A stretch of DNA of 52,123 nucleotides from Candidatus Hodarchaeota archaeon (GCA_016840035.1 JAEOTC010000113.1:1-52123); one strand, 5' to 3'; shown: positions 1-11,355, numbered from the stretch's first letter. Program-made: numbers and translations. The notes: generated by a model not told the origin, from the letters alone.

Positions 1-184
1 GTATTTGATTAGTATTGAGAGAAATAGATCTTATCGTATCTCTTCTGCTAAGAATGTCATGTAAGAGTTCTCAACGAGTAATCTTCCAGATTCTTATTGT
101 AATAATCTGTAGAAATGTCTTAAATAAAAGTTTTTGCGTCTAAGTTATATCCAAGTTATAACTGTACATTCAATAGTTAATCGA

Positions 185-865
185 TTAAGGGAAAAGCTGG
201 AGGAGCTCATGAATATCATTGATAACAAAATCTGCTTCCTTTACTTCCTCAAATCCGTATCCATAAGCGCATCCAATTGAAATTCCATGATTTACTTTTG
301 CAGCGTCGATATCATGATGTCGATCACCTACGACTGCACATACTTTCGTTCCTAAATTTATCATTATTTGATTGATCATCCAATCCTTTCCCCTCCAATC
401 GTGTTTCCCAGCAGCATACATTTCTAAAAAATACTTGTTTAAGGCGAATCTTTTAACAACAGCATCAAGATAATCGGCTCGTGCGTTTGTGCAAAGAGCT
501 AGTTTATAACCTCGTGTTTTCAATTGCATTAGAACTTCTGGTACTCCCTCAAACAGCTCACCACCTCCCCATTCAAGCGTTTTCACTTCTGCATTTTCAA
601 TACAATCAGCAAAACCGTTAATTACATCCTGAGGTGCGCTTTCGAGAAGTTCACGATAAATGTCCATTGAATGTTTTCCAAACTGTGAAAGGATCTTTTC
701 ATCAGAAGGAAATTCCAGATTGTAATGAAATTCATCTACCAAGATGGATAAACAATCTTGAAATATGGGTAAACTAAATGTCTCACCTTTGAATAGAGTT
801 CCATCAAAGTCAAATATTATTGTATCAACTTTTGAAAGCTGATCATCAAGCTCCACGATCTTCAC
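185..865 (-). CDS. HAD-superfamily hydrolase (phosphoglycolate phosphatase-like)
   Basis: Motif I IIFDFDGTL, motif II CTN, motif IV VGDRHHD; GTG start 24 bp downstream of pheT on the same strand. Confidence 0.9.
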   Translation of the reverse strand: MKIVELDDQLSKVDTIIFDFDGTLFKGETFSLPIFQDCLSILVDEFHYNLEFPSDEKILSQFGKHSMDIYRELLESAPQDVINGFADCIENAEVKTLEWGGGELFEGVPEVLMQLKTRGYKLALCTNARADYLDAVVKRFALNKYFLEMYAAGKHDWRGKDWMINQIMINLGTKVCAVVGDRHHDIDAAKVNHGISIGCAYGYGFEEVKEADFVINDIHELLQLFP

Positions 866-889
866 TTGTCCTTGAAATATGGAATTTCT

Positions 890-2602
890 CTATGAAGTGT
901 TCAGATATGGTAAATCCAATGTGGGTACTAATGATAGGTCGATTTCAAACGCAACTGTAGGCATGTAGATCTGCCAATTTTCGAGAATGGTAGGAGATAC
1001 TTCACCAATGGTTCCAATCTTCTTCTTCCCTAACATAATATTCGCAGTTCTTCCTACCAAATATTCGGATTCCTCAGTTTCTTCTAATGAAATTTCTATC
1101 CCTAACTGGATTGCAAGTGTATCAAGAATACTGTGTGCATTTTCAAAAGAAACATCTGTGTCTGTTAATACTACTGCTGCATTTGTTGAGGTATAAACCT
1201 TCTTCTTTTCTTTACTGACTATTTCTCCTACCTCAAAAACATACTGTGGATACTCATTGTGAGTATTTTTGGATAAAAAGTCAAGTAAATTGGGGAGAAG
1301 TCTTGAGCGTAATACTGAATATGTTAGACTCACTGGATTCTCTATTTGGAGATTATTTTTTAAATCCGTTGTTTTTAACCCCATTTTGTCTGCAAGTTTA
1401 TCTGGAGCAGTTAAGGTGAAAGTAAGTACTTCTTGCAAAGCACATCCGCTTAAAATTTCCCTAACGTAATTTTCACTCATTGTTCGCTTGGATAATTTGC
1501 CTGCTGTTATAACCTTCCATTTAGTTGGTTCAATGCTCATATAACCATAAGCAATAGCTACCTCTTCCGCTATGTCTACCCAATGCATGAGATCTACACG
1601 ATAAGGAGGGTATTTGATCAGTAATGAATTTTTTCTTTTTACCACGTCAAAGCGTCGTTTTTGTAGTAACTTAACCATATCAGTAGCCTTTAAATTCAAG
1701 TTAAGATATTTTTCTATATCTTTTGGATTCACAGTGATTTCTAATGGTTCTGTATTCGGTGTAATTTGCACTTCTTGTGTATCTAGGTAATCAGGAGGAT
1801 AATGAATTTCAACACTGTAAACTTTGCCACCACGATCTCGTAAAGCCTGAGAAATAATTGTCGTAACCGCATGAACAACCTCTAGATTTGTTCCAGTAAC
1901 TTCGATTAAAACATCATTAGTTTCTTCAGTTACTCTTCCAACATCATTAGAGTTGATAATAGGAGGCATAGAAAGGACCATACCTCTATGATCGCGTAGT
2001 ATAGGAAGGTCACCCTTTTTGGGAAGGATATCTCTAAACTCAATACCCTTCTCATGTTGATCAAGAATTTCATCTAATGTGAGTTCTTTTACGTAATTTA
2101 AGGGTACAAATGAAAAAGAACGTGAAATTAACTCATACTGAATGGGACTTTCAAGCATTGTTATGTTATAAATTCCAATTGAGGATCGTTTTCGTTTTCG
2201 ACCGTAAGAAAAATCAACTTTTTCCTGCAATTGCATCAGCTGTTTTATAAGAAAATCTGAAAACTCCAATCCTCTAACAATAGCAGCTCCAATATATGGA
2301 CGAACAGTTTTCAATCTTGGATCGACTTTGATGACATAACCACTTGGTTCAGCAGAAATATCAGGTAGACCTGATTTAGCCCCTGTTATTCCTTTCACTT
2401 CTCGAGTCAAACCTTCTACTCCCCAGCAGTCAGGACGATTAGATGTTTTACAGTCTACTTTGATTAAATCATCATCCAGATCATGTTCTTCGATTTCACA
2501 CTTTGCATAGCTGAATAAATCATCAAGCTCCTCAATAGTAGTTCCGTAGGGAAGATCAAGTATCGATAATACATCATCATACGATATTTTATAGCTAACC
2601 AT
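890..2602 (-). CDS. pheT: Phenylalanine--tRNA ligase beta subunit, archaeal/eukaryotic type
   Basis: NRPD motif, B3/4 domain (LSMPPIINS), B5 (PPYRVDLMHWVDIAEEVAIAYGY), FEVGE. Start moved to ATG 2602, which has GGAGA upstream and avoids overlap with pheS. Confidence 0.95.
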   Translation of the reverse strand: MVSYKISYDDVLSILDLPYGTTIEELDDLFSYAKCEIEEHDLDDDLIKVDCKTSNRPDCWGVEGLTREVKGITGAKSGLPDISAEPSGYVIKVDPRLKTVRPYIGAAIVRGLEFSDFLIKQLMQLQEKVDFSYGRKRKRSSIGIYNITMLESPIQYELISRSFSFVPLNYVKELTLDEILDQHEKGIEFRDILPKKGDLPILRDHRGMVLSMPPIINSNDVGRVTEETNDVLIEVTGTNLEVVHAVTTIISQALRDRGGKVYSVEIHYPPDYLDTQEVQITPNTEPLEITVNPKDIEKYLNLNLKATDMVKLLQKRRFDVVKRKNSLLIKYPPYRVDLMHWVDIAEEVAIAYGYMSIEPTKWKVITAGKLSKRTMSENYVREILSGCALQEVLTFTLTAPDKLADKMGLKTTDLKNNLQIENPVSLTYSVLRSRLLPNLLDFLSKNTHNEYPQYVFEVGEIVSKEKKKVYTSTNAAVVLTDTDVSFENAHSILDTLAIQLGIEISLEETEESEYLVGRTANIMLGKKKIGTIGEVSPTILENWQIYMPTVAFEIDLSLVPTLDLPYLNTS

Positions 2603-2613
2603 GTTTTTATCTC

Positions 2614-4104
2614 CTATACTATAGGAACTGTCCGTAACCACTCCAATCGATTTGTAAACAATTCACGGATGTCATTAATCCCATGTTTAACCATGTATAG
2701 TCTATCAACACCAATTCCCCAAGCAATAACGGGATCCTTTATTCCAAATGGTGTGGTGACTTCTGGTCGGAAAATACCAGCTCCTCCAAATTCTATGAAT
2801 CCTAGTTCTGGGTGTAAAGCACTGAGTTCTACTGAGGGACTTGTGAACGGATAATAATCAGGACGGAATTTAACTTTGGTAGCTTCAGCAACTTCTACGG
2901 CGAAAGTTTTCAATATTCCTAATAAGTCTCTAAATGTAATTGATGGATCACACACGATTCCTTCTAATTGGTTAAATTCTGAAAGATGAGTTGCATCTAC
3001 CGAATCTGGTCGATAACAGCGTGCTATTGAGAAGTACTTGGAAGGAATTTCTAAGTTGTATAATGTCCGTGCACTAACTGATGTTCCCTGAGGTCTCAAT
3101 AATAGAAGGGAGGCTTTATTCGGACTCCACTTATAGCGCCATCCTCGAGAACCAACAGGTTCACCTGTTTCATGAACTGTTTTTACTGCCTCAACTAATT
3201 TCTTATCTTTTGGCAGATTTCCTTGTGCTGGATCTTTTATTGCATAAACATCAGTTGGTTCACGGGCAGGATGATCTTGTGCTGCATAAAGTGCATCGAA
3301 ATTCCAAAATTCAGTTTCGACTATTGGTCCACGCATCTCAGAAAATCCAAGGCCGAGAAGTTTTTCCTTCACTTCCTGTAAAAAGTGAAGATAGGGGTGT
3401 TTTCTACCAATAGGAATATGTTTAGGACGTGTACCGATTTTATATTTCTTTAGTTGTAATGAACGCCATTCTCCAGTTCGGATTTGTTCCGGTGTCAATT
3501 TCGAAACAGTTTGAACAATATTAACTTTGGGAAGAGTCTTCAATCCCAGAGGAGTTATTTCAACCATTGTCTTTTGTCGTTCTTTTAATTCTATGAGCTT
3601 TCTACGCACCAACTGAGTGACAATATCTTCAGGTGTTTCAGAAGTAGGATCCTGTGCAATTTTCTGAAGTGAATCCTCTAACTTCTTATTTATTCTTTTT
3701 ACAGTTTTTGCTAATGAAACCTGTCCTTTTTCAATAACTATTATGCCCTCCTTTCTTAATTGACCAATAGCTGCATTTACTGCCTGTTTCGGAAGACCTG
3801 TTGCTTTTGCAATGGATGAAAGAGTGATCTCTCTTTTTTGTTGTAAAAATTCTAGGAGTTCATTTTCTGGTAGCCCTGCTTCAACAATTCGTACACCTTC
3901 GTCAGTTAATTCAAGAAGAGTCATGATGGAAGTAAAACGGGAGACTAAATCTTCCTTCATGAGTTGAAACATAAGTAATTCTGCTTTTGCTCTAGGGATT
4001 TGCAGTATTTCTGCTAGTTCATCTAAGGTTTTTTTCCTGTGTTTACTTACAGCTTCCAAAAGCTGATACATTTCCTGTGTAATAGATAAAGGACTTTTAG
4101 TCAC
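2614..4104 (-). CDS. pheS: Phenylalanine--tRNA ligase alpha subunit, archaeal/eukaryotic type with long N-terminal region
   Basis: FWNFDAL...QDHPARE, YRPDSVDATHLSEFNQLEG, YPFTSPS, GAGIFRPE, AWGIGVDRL. Start moved to GTG 4104, preceded by AAGGAG. Confidence 0.95.
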   Translation of the reverse strand: MTKSPLSITQEMYQLLEAVSKHRKKTLDELAEILQIPRAKAELLMFQLMKEDLVSRFTSIMTLLELTDEGVRIVEAGLPENELLEFLQQKREITLSSIAKATGLPKQAVNAAIGQLRKEGIIVIEKGQVSLAKTVKRINKKLEDSLQKIAQDPTSETPEDIVTQLVRRKLIELKERQKTMVEITPLGLKTLPKVNIVQTVSKLTPEQIRTGEWRSLQLKKYKIGTRPKHIPIGRKHPYLHFLQEVKEKLLGLGFSEMRGPIVETEFWNFDALYAAQDHPAREPTDVYAIKDPAQGNLPKDKKLVEAVKTVHETGEPVGSRGWRYKWSPNKASLLLLRPQGTSVSARTLYNLEIPSKYFSIARCYRPDSVDATHLSEFNQLEGIVCDPSITFRDLLGILKTFAVEVAEATKVKFRPDYYPFTSPSVELSALHPELGFIEFGGAGIFRPEVTTPFGIKDPVIAWGIGVDRLYMVKHGINDIRELFTNRLEWLRTVPIV

Positions 4105-4272
4105 TTTAGAAAACTCCTTCTTACGAATCCTTACGTAAGTGTTTGAAAAGTAAAATGAGAATAAACTTTTAGGACATTCCACCAATGTTCTGTATAAATC
4201 TATAAAAGACATTGCTTAGGAAGATGAAGTCAAAATAGGTTTTAATCAGATCATTGGTTAAAATGGAGAAAG

Positions 4273-4962
4273 GTGCATATGGAAATATCAAAATCGTTGA
4301 TAAAATTATATGGTCCTGGAATTCCGCTTGCGTTAAGAATCCTTAGAAGAATTAGAACTGAACTTGCTAAAGGGGAAAAATCTAATCTTATTGCAAAAAT
4401 TGCTCAGGCACATCCTTATATCGGAGAGGAAGCAGATTATGAGTTTATATGGAGTAATATTCCGAATACTTCAGATATCATATCATTGATAGAAGAATTG
4501 GATGTGAGATTACTTGAAACTGAGGCCAAATTCACGATCACTACAAAAGTCCCAGACGAGGATAAGCTAATTTATGATTTTAATTCTCCTGAGATTACTG
4601 GGGCAGCGTATACTTTTCTTCGCATTTATGGACCGAGTCTATCCAAGGCTATTAATCTCTTGAATACAACGATAATATACAAAAATTCAGAAATTAGACC
4701 CTCAAAAGGGATTCTACTAGGAAAATACGACTTTGTCATTGAATGGCTTCGAATTCCAACCGTTAATGACATAGTTAACCTTCTTGAACATATAGATTCT
4801 GTCCTAAAAGTAACGGGTGTGACGTACAAAGTTACCACGAAAAGTAAGTTAAAATTGCATTCAGATCCACGAGATAAACACCAAGAAAAACCTATTATGG
4901 AAATTGGAGCTCCTTCTCCAAGTTTTACCATCGAAACAGGGGTGGAAGATAAAAAATCCTAA
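4273..4962 (+). CDS. Uncharacterised protein made of two tandem ~80-aa homologous units
   Basis: Both halves read (K/R)(L/I)YGP...D(Y/F)xxxWxxIP...DIxxLxExxD..L......(F/Y)xxTTK. Confidence 0.8.
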   Translation: MHMEISKSLIKLYGPGIPLALRILRRIRTELAKGEKSNLIAKIAQAHPYIGEEADYEFIWSNIPNTSDIISLIEELDVRLLETEAKFTITTKVPDEDKLIYDFNSPEITGAAYTFLRIYGPSLSKAINLLNTTIIYKNSEIRPSKGILLGKYDFVIEWLRIPTVNDIVNLLEHIDSVLKVTGVTYKVTTKSKLKLHSDPRDKHQEKPIMEIGAPSPSFTIETGVEDKKS

Positions 4963-4995
4963 GTAGTGTTTTTTTCGATAAACTGGTGATATATA

Positions 4996-5298
4996 ATGAA
5001 GAGAAAAGTAATTGCTGAACTTTCAACTTACCCAGTGGGGGAGGGGACTAGCCTAAGCTCATATGTGAAGGAAGCAGTAAAAGTTATTGAGAATTATCCA
5101 AACATTCGCGTTGTTCATCATCCGATGGGAACAGTAATTGAAGCTGATGAATTAGATCAAATTTTCGAAGTTACTCAATTAGCTCATGAAGCCATATTGG
5201 CTACTGGGGCCAATCGTGTAATCACCCAATTGAAAATTGATGATCGACGAGATAAAGAACGAAAAATGGAAGATAAAGTGTCTGCAATAACAGAGTAG
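4996..5298 (+). CDS. MTH1187/YqgV family thiamine-binding protein
   Basis: 100 aa, SLSSYV, HPMGTVIE, RVITQLKIDDRRDK; GGTGA RBS. Confidence 0.9.
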   Translation: MKRKVIAELSTYPVGEGTSLSSYVKEAVKVIENYPNIRVVHHPMGTVIEADELDQIFEVTQLAHEAILATGANRVITQLKIDDRRDKERKMEDKVSAITE

Positions 5299-5299
5299 T

Positions 5300-5710
5300 T
5301 TATTTTAACCAAGTTTCGTGAACAAGAATCCATCGAACGTTATTGTAATTGTTAATCGATTCCTCAAATAACGCTGTACTTATTCGTCCTTTCTTTTCTG
5401 ATTCATGAACCTGCCACTCCTCATAATTTACCAAGTGGATTGAGTCAAATTTGCCAAGATAGGTATAATTTTCAACCCAGAGTTCCATTGGGCCTTCATT
5501 TGGATCTCGTGATCCATAGGAATCCCAGATCTGTTTACCAATCTGTGTTTTGGTTAATTTTTTTCCTTCAGGAGTGATTAGAAGAAAGTTCGGGTGGAGA
5601 ACAGTAGAGAAACGCTGAAAAATTAGGTTAGACTGAGCAATTTTCCCTTCAAACCATTTTTTAAAAAAGAAGTGGAGTTCTTTGATCTCCACCTTCAAAG
5701 CTGTTTGCAT
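5300..5710 (-). CDS. NTF2/SnoaL-like (DUF4440-type) protein
   Basis: LHxFFxxWFxG, FLLITPEG, YEEWQ, RISTALF, WILVHETW. Confidence 0.75.
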   Translation of the reverse strand: MQTALKVEIKELHFFFKKWFEGKIAQSNLIFQRFSTVLHPNFLLITPEGKKLTKTQIGKQIWDSYGSRDPNEGPMELWVENYTYLGKFDSIHLVNYEEWQVHESEKKGRISTALFEESINNYNNVRWILVHETWLK

Positions 5711-5742
5711 CTACTATCACAAAAAAGACATATTCAGTTCAA

Positions 5743-6003
5743 TTAATCAGACCCTAGTGCTTTAAAGAGCTGACAAAAAGCTACTACAAAGAAACAATAT
5801 GACCAAAATTGATATAGCCCCCAGAAATCATGGTTTTTAAAGAGATCTCCTATAAGGCCATCGGTAGTAAACATAAACTGGTTGAAAAACAAACCATCTG
5901 CAAAATCAACTGGATTTGTTGATAATAAAGCAAAATCAAGTATTGAGAATGCACAAAGAAAAATAAAGACAAACTGTACGATTGAAAGTATTTTATAGCT
6001 CAT
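5743..6003 (-). CDS. Small membrane protein (2 predicted TM segments)
   Basis: 86 aa with two hydrophobic stretches; GAGG RBS upstream. Confidence 0.65.
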   Translation of the reverse strand: MSYKILSIVQFVFIFLCAFSILDFALLSTNPVDFADGLFFNQFMFTTDGLIGDLFKNHDFWGLYQFWSYCFFVVAFCQLFKALGSD

Positions 6004-6154
6004 AATTTATTCCTCATTTAATTCAATAAAGCACAAATGTGCTTAATCCGACATTACAGACTACCCAGATTTTAAACCTTTCTCAGAATTGTCTTTTAAT
6101 TCAGGAATTTTTCCTGTAAAAATATTCCTAAAGATTGATTTGGAGGTTGTCTGA

Positions 6155-7081
6155 TTGGCAAAAAAGAAAGAACGGAAGAAGACGCAGACAAGTTCCTTTG
6201 GCTCTTCAAAACGAGAAAGTCACGATGCTACTGCTTTTTATAAGAGCAAACTTTACAAAAATCAACAGAAAGAATCAAGTAAAATTCAAGAAATAAATCT
6301 TCTTCCTTCTGAATATGAAAATATCATCTTGAATAAATCATCGGAAAGCATGAAAGAGATACCTGATAGTAGTATCCATTTGATCATAACTTCTCCCCCT
6401 TATAATGTGAGAAAAGATTATGATGAGGATTTCAGTCTGAAAGAGTATTTAAAATTCCTAAATCGGGTGTGGAGTGAAGTAGATCGTGTACTTATTCTTG
6501 GGGGCCGAGTATGTATTAATATTGCTAATTTAGGACGCAAACCTTATATCCCACTACACTCTCACATCATTACTCAAATGAATACTCTTGGGTTTCTTAT
6601 GCGAGGGGAGGTAATTTGGGATAAATCAGCAAGTGCAGGAACATCTACAGCTTGGGGGAGCTGGCAATCGGCAAGTAATCCAACTCTTAGAGATATCCAT
6701 GAGTATATTCTCATTTTTTCAAAAGGTTTGTATAAAAGGAGTAGAACAGACAAACTTTCTGACACAATTTCGAGAGATGAGTTCCTTACTAATACGAAAA
6801 GTGTATGGACATTTCCTACTGAATCAGCAAAAAGAATTGGTCATCCAGCTCCATTCCCTGTAGAATTACCTTTCCGATTAATTCAATTATACTCTTTCAA
6901 AGGAGATATTATCTTGGATCCATTTATGGGGAGCGGTCAGACCGCTATAGCAGCGTTGAAAACCTCACGTAGATTTATTGGATATGAAATTAATGAAGAG
7001 TATGCTGAATTAGCAAACAAAAGAATAAATCAATTTAAAGAACAACAAAAACGCCAACCTTTGGATAAATTTCTTCAATAA
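6155..7081 (+). CDS. Orphan beta-class DNA methyltransferase, probably N4-cytosine
   Basis: Motif IV ITSPPY precedes motif X HPAPFP and motif I LDPFMGSG (beta order); SPPY is typical of m4C enzymes; GGAGG RBS before TTG; no adjacent nuclease. Confidence 0.9.
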   Translation: MAKKKERKKTQTSSFGSSKRESHDATAFYKSKLYKNQQKESSKIQEINLLPSEYENIILNKSSESMKEIPDSSIHLIITSPPYNVRKDYDEDFSLKEYLKFLNRVWSEVDRVLILGGRVCINIANLGRKPYIPLHSHIITQMNTLGFLMRGEVIWDKSASAGTSTAWGSWQSASNPTLRDIHEYILIFSKGLYKRSRTDKLSDTISRDEFLTNTKSVWTFPTESAKRIGHPAPFPVELPFRLIQLYSFKGDIILDPFMGSGQTAIAALKTSRRFIGYEINEEYAELANKRINQFKEQQKRQPLDKFLQ

Positions 7082-7087
7082 AGTGGG

Positions 7088-7849
7088 TTATTTCATAAAA
7101 TATCCAAAATCATCTAATCGTAATGGTTTTGGAGAAACTAGATGTTCTGCATACTCAACACCAATTCTTGAACCTAAGTTACGATTCCATTCCATAATTA
7201 CACTAGGAAAATGTCTTAATCCCTGAGTTGCTTTTGGTTCAAAGCCTTGCGATTTATAGACCAATATCGCTTCTTCCTTAATGTCTATGGTATCTGAGAT
7301 ATCTACAAAGAAGGAGGTATAATTTTCCGGGTGAAGGTCAATAAATCTGACTGGAAAGTATAGAAGTGATTTAACTCTATGTACAGGTAAATGTTCAAAA
7401 TGTTTCTCCCATTTTGTTAAGCGACTGTAAAATGTGGCTGCTTCCACTATTTGTTGAGCTTGATGGTGATCTGGTGACGCTAATAGTGTTTTTCCATACA
7501 TGGAAATAACAACTTTAGGACGCCATTTGCGAAACACTGTTGCTAGTATGCATCTTGCTTCAAATGTATCGAATAATCTGCGATTTGGAAGTTCCAATGT
7601 AAGTCGTTCAACTCCCAAAATTTTTGCAGCCCTTTGAGCTTCCTCTAGTCGTACACCTGCGTAATCTTCATCATAATCGTCTGGACTACGATATTTTTCA
7701 TTTAAAGGAGTAGGTTCGGCATTAGTTAAGTCTATAATTCCAGTTCTAATACCGTTACGTGCTAATTTGGCTAAAGTTCCACCAATCCCTAATTCTGTGT
7801 CATCTGGATGGGCTCCAATTGCGACCACTTCTATCGGTTCGTCAGACAT
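7088..7849 (-). CDS. PIG-L family deacetylase (BshB1-like)
   Basis: AIGAHPDDTELG, DLTNAEPTP, SPDH, YKSQ. Confidence 0.85.
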   Translation of the reverse strand: MSDEPIEVVAIGAHPDDTELGIGGTLAKLARNGIRTGIIDLTNAEPTPLNEKYRSPDDYDEDYAGVRLEEAQRAAKILGVERLTLELPNRRLFDTFEARCILATVFRKWRPKVVISMYGKTLLASPDHHQAQQIVEAATFYSRLTKWEKHFEHLPVHRVKSLLYFPVRFIDLHPENYTSFFVDISDTIDIKEEAILVYKSQGFEPKATQGLRHFPSVIMEWNRNLGSRIGVEYAEHLVSPKPLRLDDFGYFMK

Positions 7850-8016
7850 AATATACTCCTCATCTATCGGTTACAAATGAAATTTTATTTCGCTCAAAAT
7901 TCTTTCATTCAGGGCAATTATAAATCTTCACTGGTAAGTAAATCAAAAACTTACGAAAGAGTAATCATTTATCTTTAACTCCCTACTTCGTATCATGCAT
8001 TTGAGGATCGGAGAAT

Positions 8017-10101
8017 TTGAACTTCAGCCAGAAACCAAATCATCTTATTAACGAAACAAGTCCTTATTTGCTTCAGCATGCTTATAACCCAGTTAATTGG
8101 TATGCATGGGATGAGGGATTAAAAATTGCTAAGGAAACTAATAAACCGATTTTAATCTCCGTAGGATATGCAGCTTGCCATTGGTGTCATGTTATGCAAC
8201 ATGAATCTTTCGAAGACCTTGAAACGGCAGAGTTGATGAATAAGCTTTTTGTAAATATCAAAATAGATCGGGAGGAACGTCCTGATCTTGATAATACATT
8301 GCAAACTGCTGTTGCTCGATTGTCAGGTGGACGAGGAGGATGGCCCCTAACAGCATTTGCTACCCCTGCTGGACATGTATTTTCCGGGGGGACTTATTTT
8401 CCCAAAGAAGCGTCATATGGGTTACCTGGATTTAAACAGGTCCTTACATATATTATAAATGAGTATAAAAAAGATCCAAAGAGAATAGAAACTCTAACTA
8501 AGAACACTCTCAAGTTTTTGGAAGAATCTTATAATATAAAATCAATAACTGGAGGTGTTGAAAAACTAAACGATGCTAGAAATATCATGCTAGGAAGATT
8601 AAGTGAAACGTATGATTCTGTATTTGGTGGATTTGGATTTCAACCCAAATTTCCGAATGTGAGTGATTTACGTCTCGTATTAGCGGAATCTCAACGAACG
8701 AAAAATCAGACTTTCCTTAATATGGTTATTACTACGTTAAATCATCTAGCGGGTGGAGGAATTTATGATCAAATAGGATTTGGCTTTCATAGGTATTCTA
8801 CAGATAGAAAATGGTTAATCCCCCATTTTGAAAAAATGCTTTATGATAATGCACAGCTCTTACTATTATATTTGGAAGCTTATCAGCTAACAGACAATAT
8901 GGCTTATGCAGATATTGCTAAGGAAATAATCGCATATTTAAAACGGGAAATGATATCTTCTGACAGATTATTCTTTTCTTCACAAGATGCAGATTCAGAG
9001 GGAAGAGAAGGGGCTTTTTTTGTTTGGACGGAACAAAAAATTCTTGAGATATTAGGGGATAAAGATGGAGCTTTATTTAACCGTTGTTTTGGGGTTACTC
9101 CTGAAGGAAATTTTGAGAATGGGTTATCTGTTCTCCATGAAACTGAGGACTTGCATCAAGCAATTACTGAGGGTAAGATCACTTGGGAAAAAATAACCCA
9201 GCTAAAAAGAAAGTTATTTGATCAAAGAGAGAAACGAGAAAAACCGTTTTTAAACGATAATATTATCCTCTCATGGAATGCGATCGCTATTCATGCATTT
9301 GCGCGCGCTTCTTTTGTTTTGGGAGAATCAGAACTACTCTCCTACGCAATAGACTCACTAGACTCACTAATTTCTCATCTTCAAGATCCTTCAACAGGAC
9401 GGTTACATCGGACTTATCGTAATGAGCCTCGTGGGTGGGCATTTTCTGAAGATTATATCCTACTAATCCAAACAATATTAGAGATTTTTGGACTAACTGG
9501 AAAACGAAAGTATTTAGAGATGTCTTTACAGTTTCAAGATATACTAGACTCCTATTTTTGGGATGAATCAAATTATGGGTACTTCTTTACGGGTTCATGG
9601 GTCACTGATACGATTGTCAGAGAGAAACCAGTAATTACTTTTTCAATTCCGAATTCTAATGCTGTAGTGGTTGAAAACCTTTTGAAATTATATCATTACA
9701 CAGGAAATCCAGAATTTCTGAGAAGTGCCGATAATCAGGTCGCTTTCCTCCTTGGTTGGTTTAATGAATATGAAACATTTAATGGAGAAGCATTACTCGC
9801 ATTATCTTTATGGGAAAATAAACCAATTGAGTGTATCTACTTCGAAGGATCAGAATTAAGCGAGAGTGATCCAGTTCTTGAGTATTTTCAACGTACATTT
9901 GTACCCTCATCCTTATTACTTCGTGTTTCAAAAGAAACCTTCGATGAACTAAGAGATCTTCCTCTTGTTAAAGATCGAGTAGAAAATCAGACAGATTATC
10001 CATTTAGTGAAGCTACTGTTTTTATTTGTAAAGAACTAACCTGTTCAGTACCCCTGAAAACAGGGACAGAAATTGATCTATACTTGAAAAATGCGGTATA
10101 A
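8017..10101 (+). CDS. YyaL/SPATA20 family protein (thioredoxin-like domain plus six-hairpin glycosidase-like domain)
   Basis: [51 protein letters not shown]. Confidence 0.93.
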   Translation: MNFSQKPNHLINETSPYLLQHAYNPVNWYAWDEGLKIAKETNKPILISVGYAACHWCHVMQHESFEDLETAELMNKLFVNIKIDREERPDLDNTLQTAVARLSGGRGGWPLTAFATPAGHVFSGGTYFPKEASYGLPGFKQVLTYIINEYKKDPKRIETLTKNTLKFLEESYNIKSITGGVEKLNDARNIMLGRLSETYDSVFGGFGFQPKFPNVSDLRLVLAESQRTKNQTFLNMVITTLNHLAGGGIYDQIGFGFHRYSTDRKWLIPHFEKMLYDNAQLLLLYLEAYQLTDNMAYADIAKEIIAYLKREMISSDRLFFSSQDADSEGREGAFFVWTEQKILEILGDKDGALFNRCFGVTPEGNFENGLSVLHETEDLHQAITEGKITWEKITQLKRKLFDQREKREKPFLNDNIILSWNAIAIHAFARASFVLGESELLSYAIDSLDSLISHLQDPSTGRLHRTYRNEPRGWAFSEDYILLIQTILEIFGLTGKRKYLEMSLQFQDILDSYFWDESNYGYFFTGSWVTDTIVREKPVITFSIPNSNAVVVENLLKLYHYTGNPEFLRSADNQVAFLLGWFNEYETFNGEALLALSLWENKPIECIYFEGSELSESDPVLEYFQRTFVPSSLLLRVSKETFDELRDLPLVKDRVENQTDYPFSEATVFICKELTCSVPLKTGTEIDLYLKNAV

Positions 10102-10275
10102 ATCAGTTTTTTTCAAGATTAATACGAAATTTCAAGTTTAATACCGTATTTAATGGTTTAAAAACAGATTACTTATTTATTGGTAGCAAAGAAATATTTA
10201 AGTAGAACCTATCTAATTTCGTAAAAGCATCAATAGATATTAAGAATATTATAGAATAATCCGAAGGCATGTTAA

Positions 10276-11355
10276 ATGGATCCTCAGAAACAGAAAGAAG
10301 TTATAATTGGCCCTGCTATCGTTGCGGGTGCAAATGCGATGAGAGCTGTCGATGCACCTGTTAGATATCCTTTAACACTAAAAAATTTTGAACTCATGAT
10401 CCAAAAGCAGGTATCAAGTGATCCACTTGAATATATTTTTGTTCCTGATCCCGTTCTAGTACCTTCTAGGTCCATCTTTATCGTATTAGTAGAACATCTA
10501 ATTGGAACCATTTTGGTCCTCCTCCTCTTATTTTCAAGAAAAGCCACCTCGTCTCTTATCGATCAGCTGCGGACATTTGATAAAAGGGATTGGATCTCCT
10601 TCCTATTAGTATCAGCAGGATCAGGTTTAGGACTCTATTTCTTTATGATTGCCTTTGGTTACGGGAATCCGACAGTAGCAATACTTCTACAAAAAAGTCA
10701 ACCTTTAATTACATTGCTCTTTGCAATGTTGATTCTACAAGAACGTCCTTCTAAGTGGTTCTACCTTTCACTACTTATAGCGGCTTTTGGCATATTTCTT
10801 ATGGTATTCGAGACATTAGGGCAAGGAACAACTAATGAAGTTTTAGCTGCTGTTTTTTCACTCGTAGCAGCAATATTTTGGGGTTCTAATACGGTTTGGG
10901 GAAGAATTTTAACTAATAAAGTTGATTACTGGAACTTAACAACTCTACGATATATTGGAGGGTCAGTGATTTTGATTTTCGCCAATCTTCTATTAGGAGC
11001 TTATAATTCTACCAATTTTAACGTTTTATCCGAGACGATAATAACTTTTGGATCTGATATTGCCTTACCTATTAACGGATTTGTAGCAATAGCACTTGTA
11101 ACCATCTTTACGGGAGGAATTTTACCTCTGGCTCTGTACTACTTTGGTTTGAGGTGGTCTCGGGCATCTGTTGGTGGAATTGCCGAGCTTGCGTTTCCTG
11201 TGTTAGCAATATTTGTAAACTATTATTTTCTTGGATTTGGACTGACATTAACCCAAGCAATTGGGGCAATCATTCTGTTTGCGGTCGTAATGCTGATGAC
11301 TTATATTAACAAGCTTGAACATGAGAAAGCGAATGCAGAAGCTATAAGTACTTAA
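10276..11355 (+). CDS. DMT/EamA family transporter
   Basis: About 10 hydrophobic segments in two EamA-like halves; LLQKSQP, FWGSNTVWGR, AELAFP. Confidence 0.88.
   Translation: MDPQKQKEVIIGPAIVAGANAMRAVDAPVRYPLTLKNFELMIQKQVSSDPLEYIFVPDPVLVPSRSIFIVLVEHLIGTILVLLLLFSRKATSSLIDQLRTFDKRDWISFLLVSAGSGLGLYFFMIAFGYGNPTVAILLQKSQPLITLLFAMLILQERPSKWFYLSLLIAAFGIFLMVFETLGQGTTNEVLAAVFSLVAAIFWGSNTVWGRILTNKVDYWNLTTLRYIGGSVILIFANLLLGAYNSTNFNVLSETIITFGSDIALPINGFVAIALVTIFTGGILPLALYYFGLRWSRASVGGIAELAFPVLAIFVNYYFLGFGLTLTQAIGAIILFAVVMLMTYINKLEHEKANAEAIST

Noticed and set aside
1-63. Possible 3' end of a plus-strand gene entering the window
   Set aside because: Only about 20 open codons and no recognisable motif
10340-10346. 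AGA (Arg) in the EamA first helix where Trp is usual, as a hint of recoding
   Set aside because: Single instance; Trp is TGG and Arg codons behave normally at conserved motifs elsewhere
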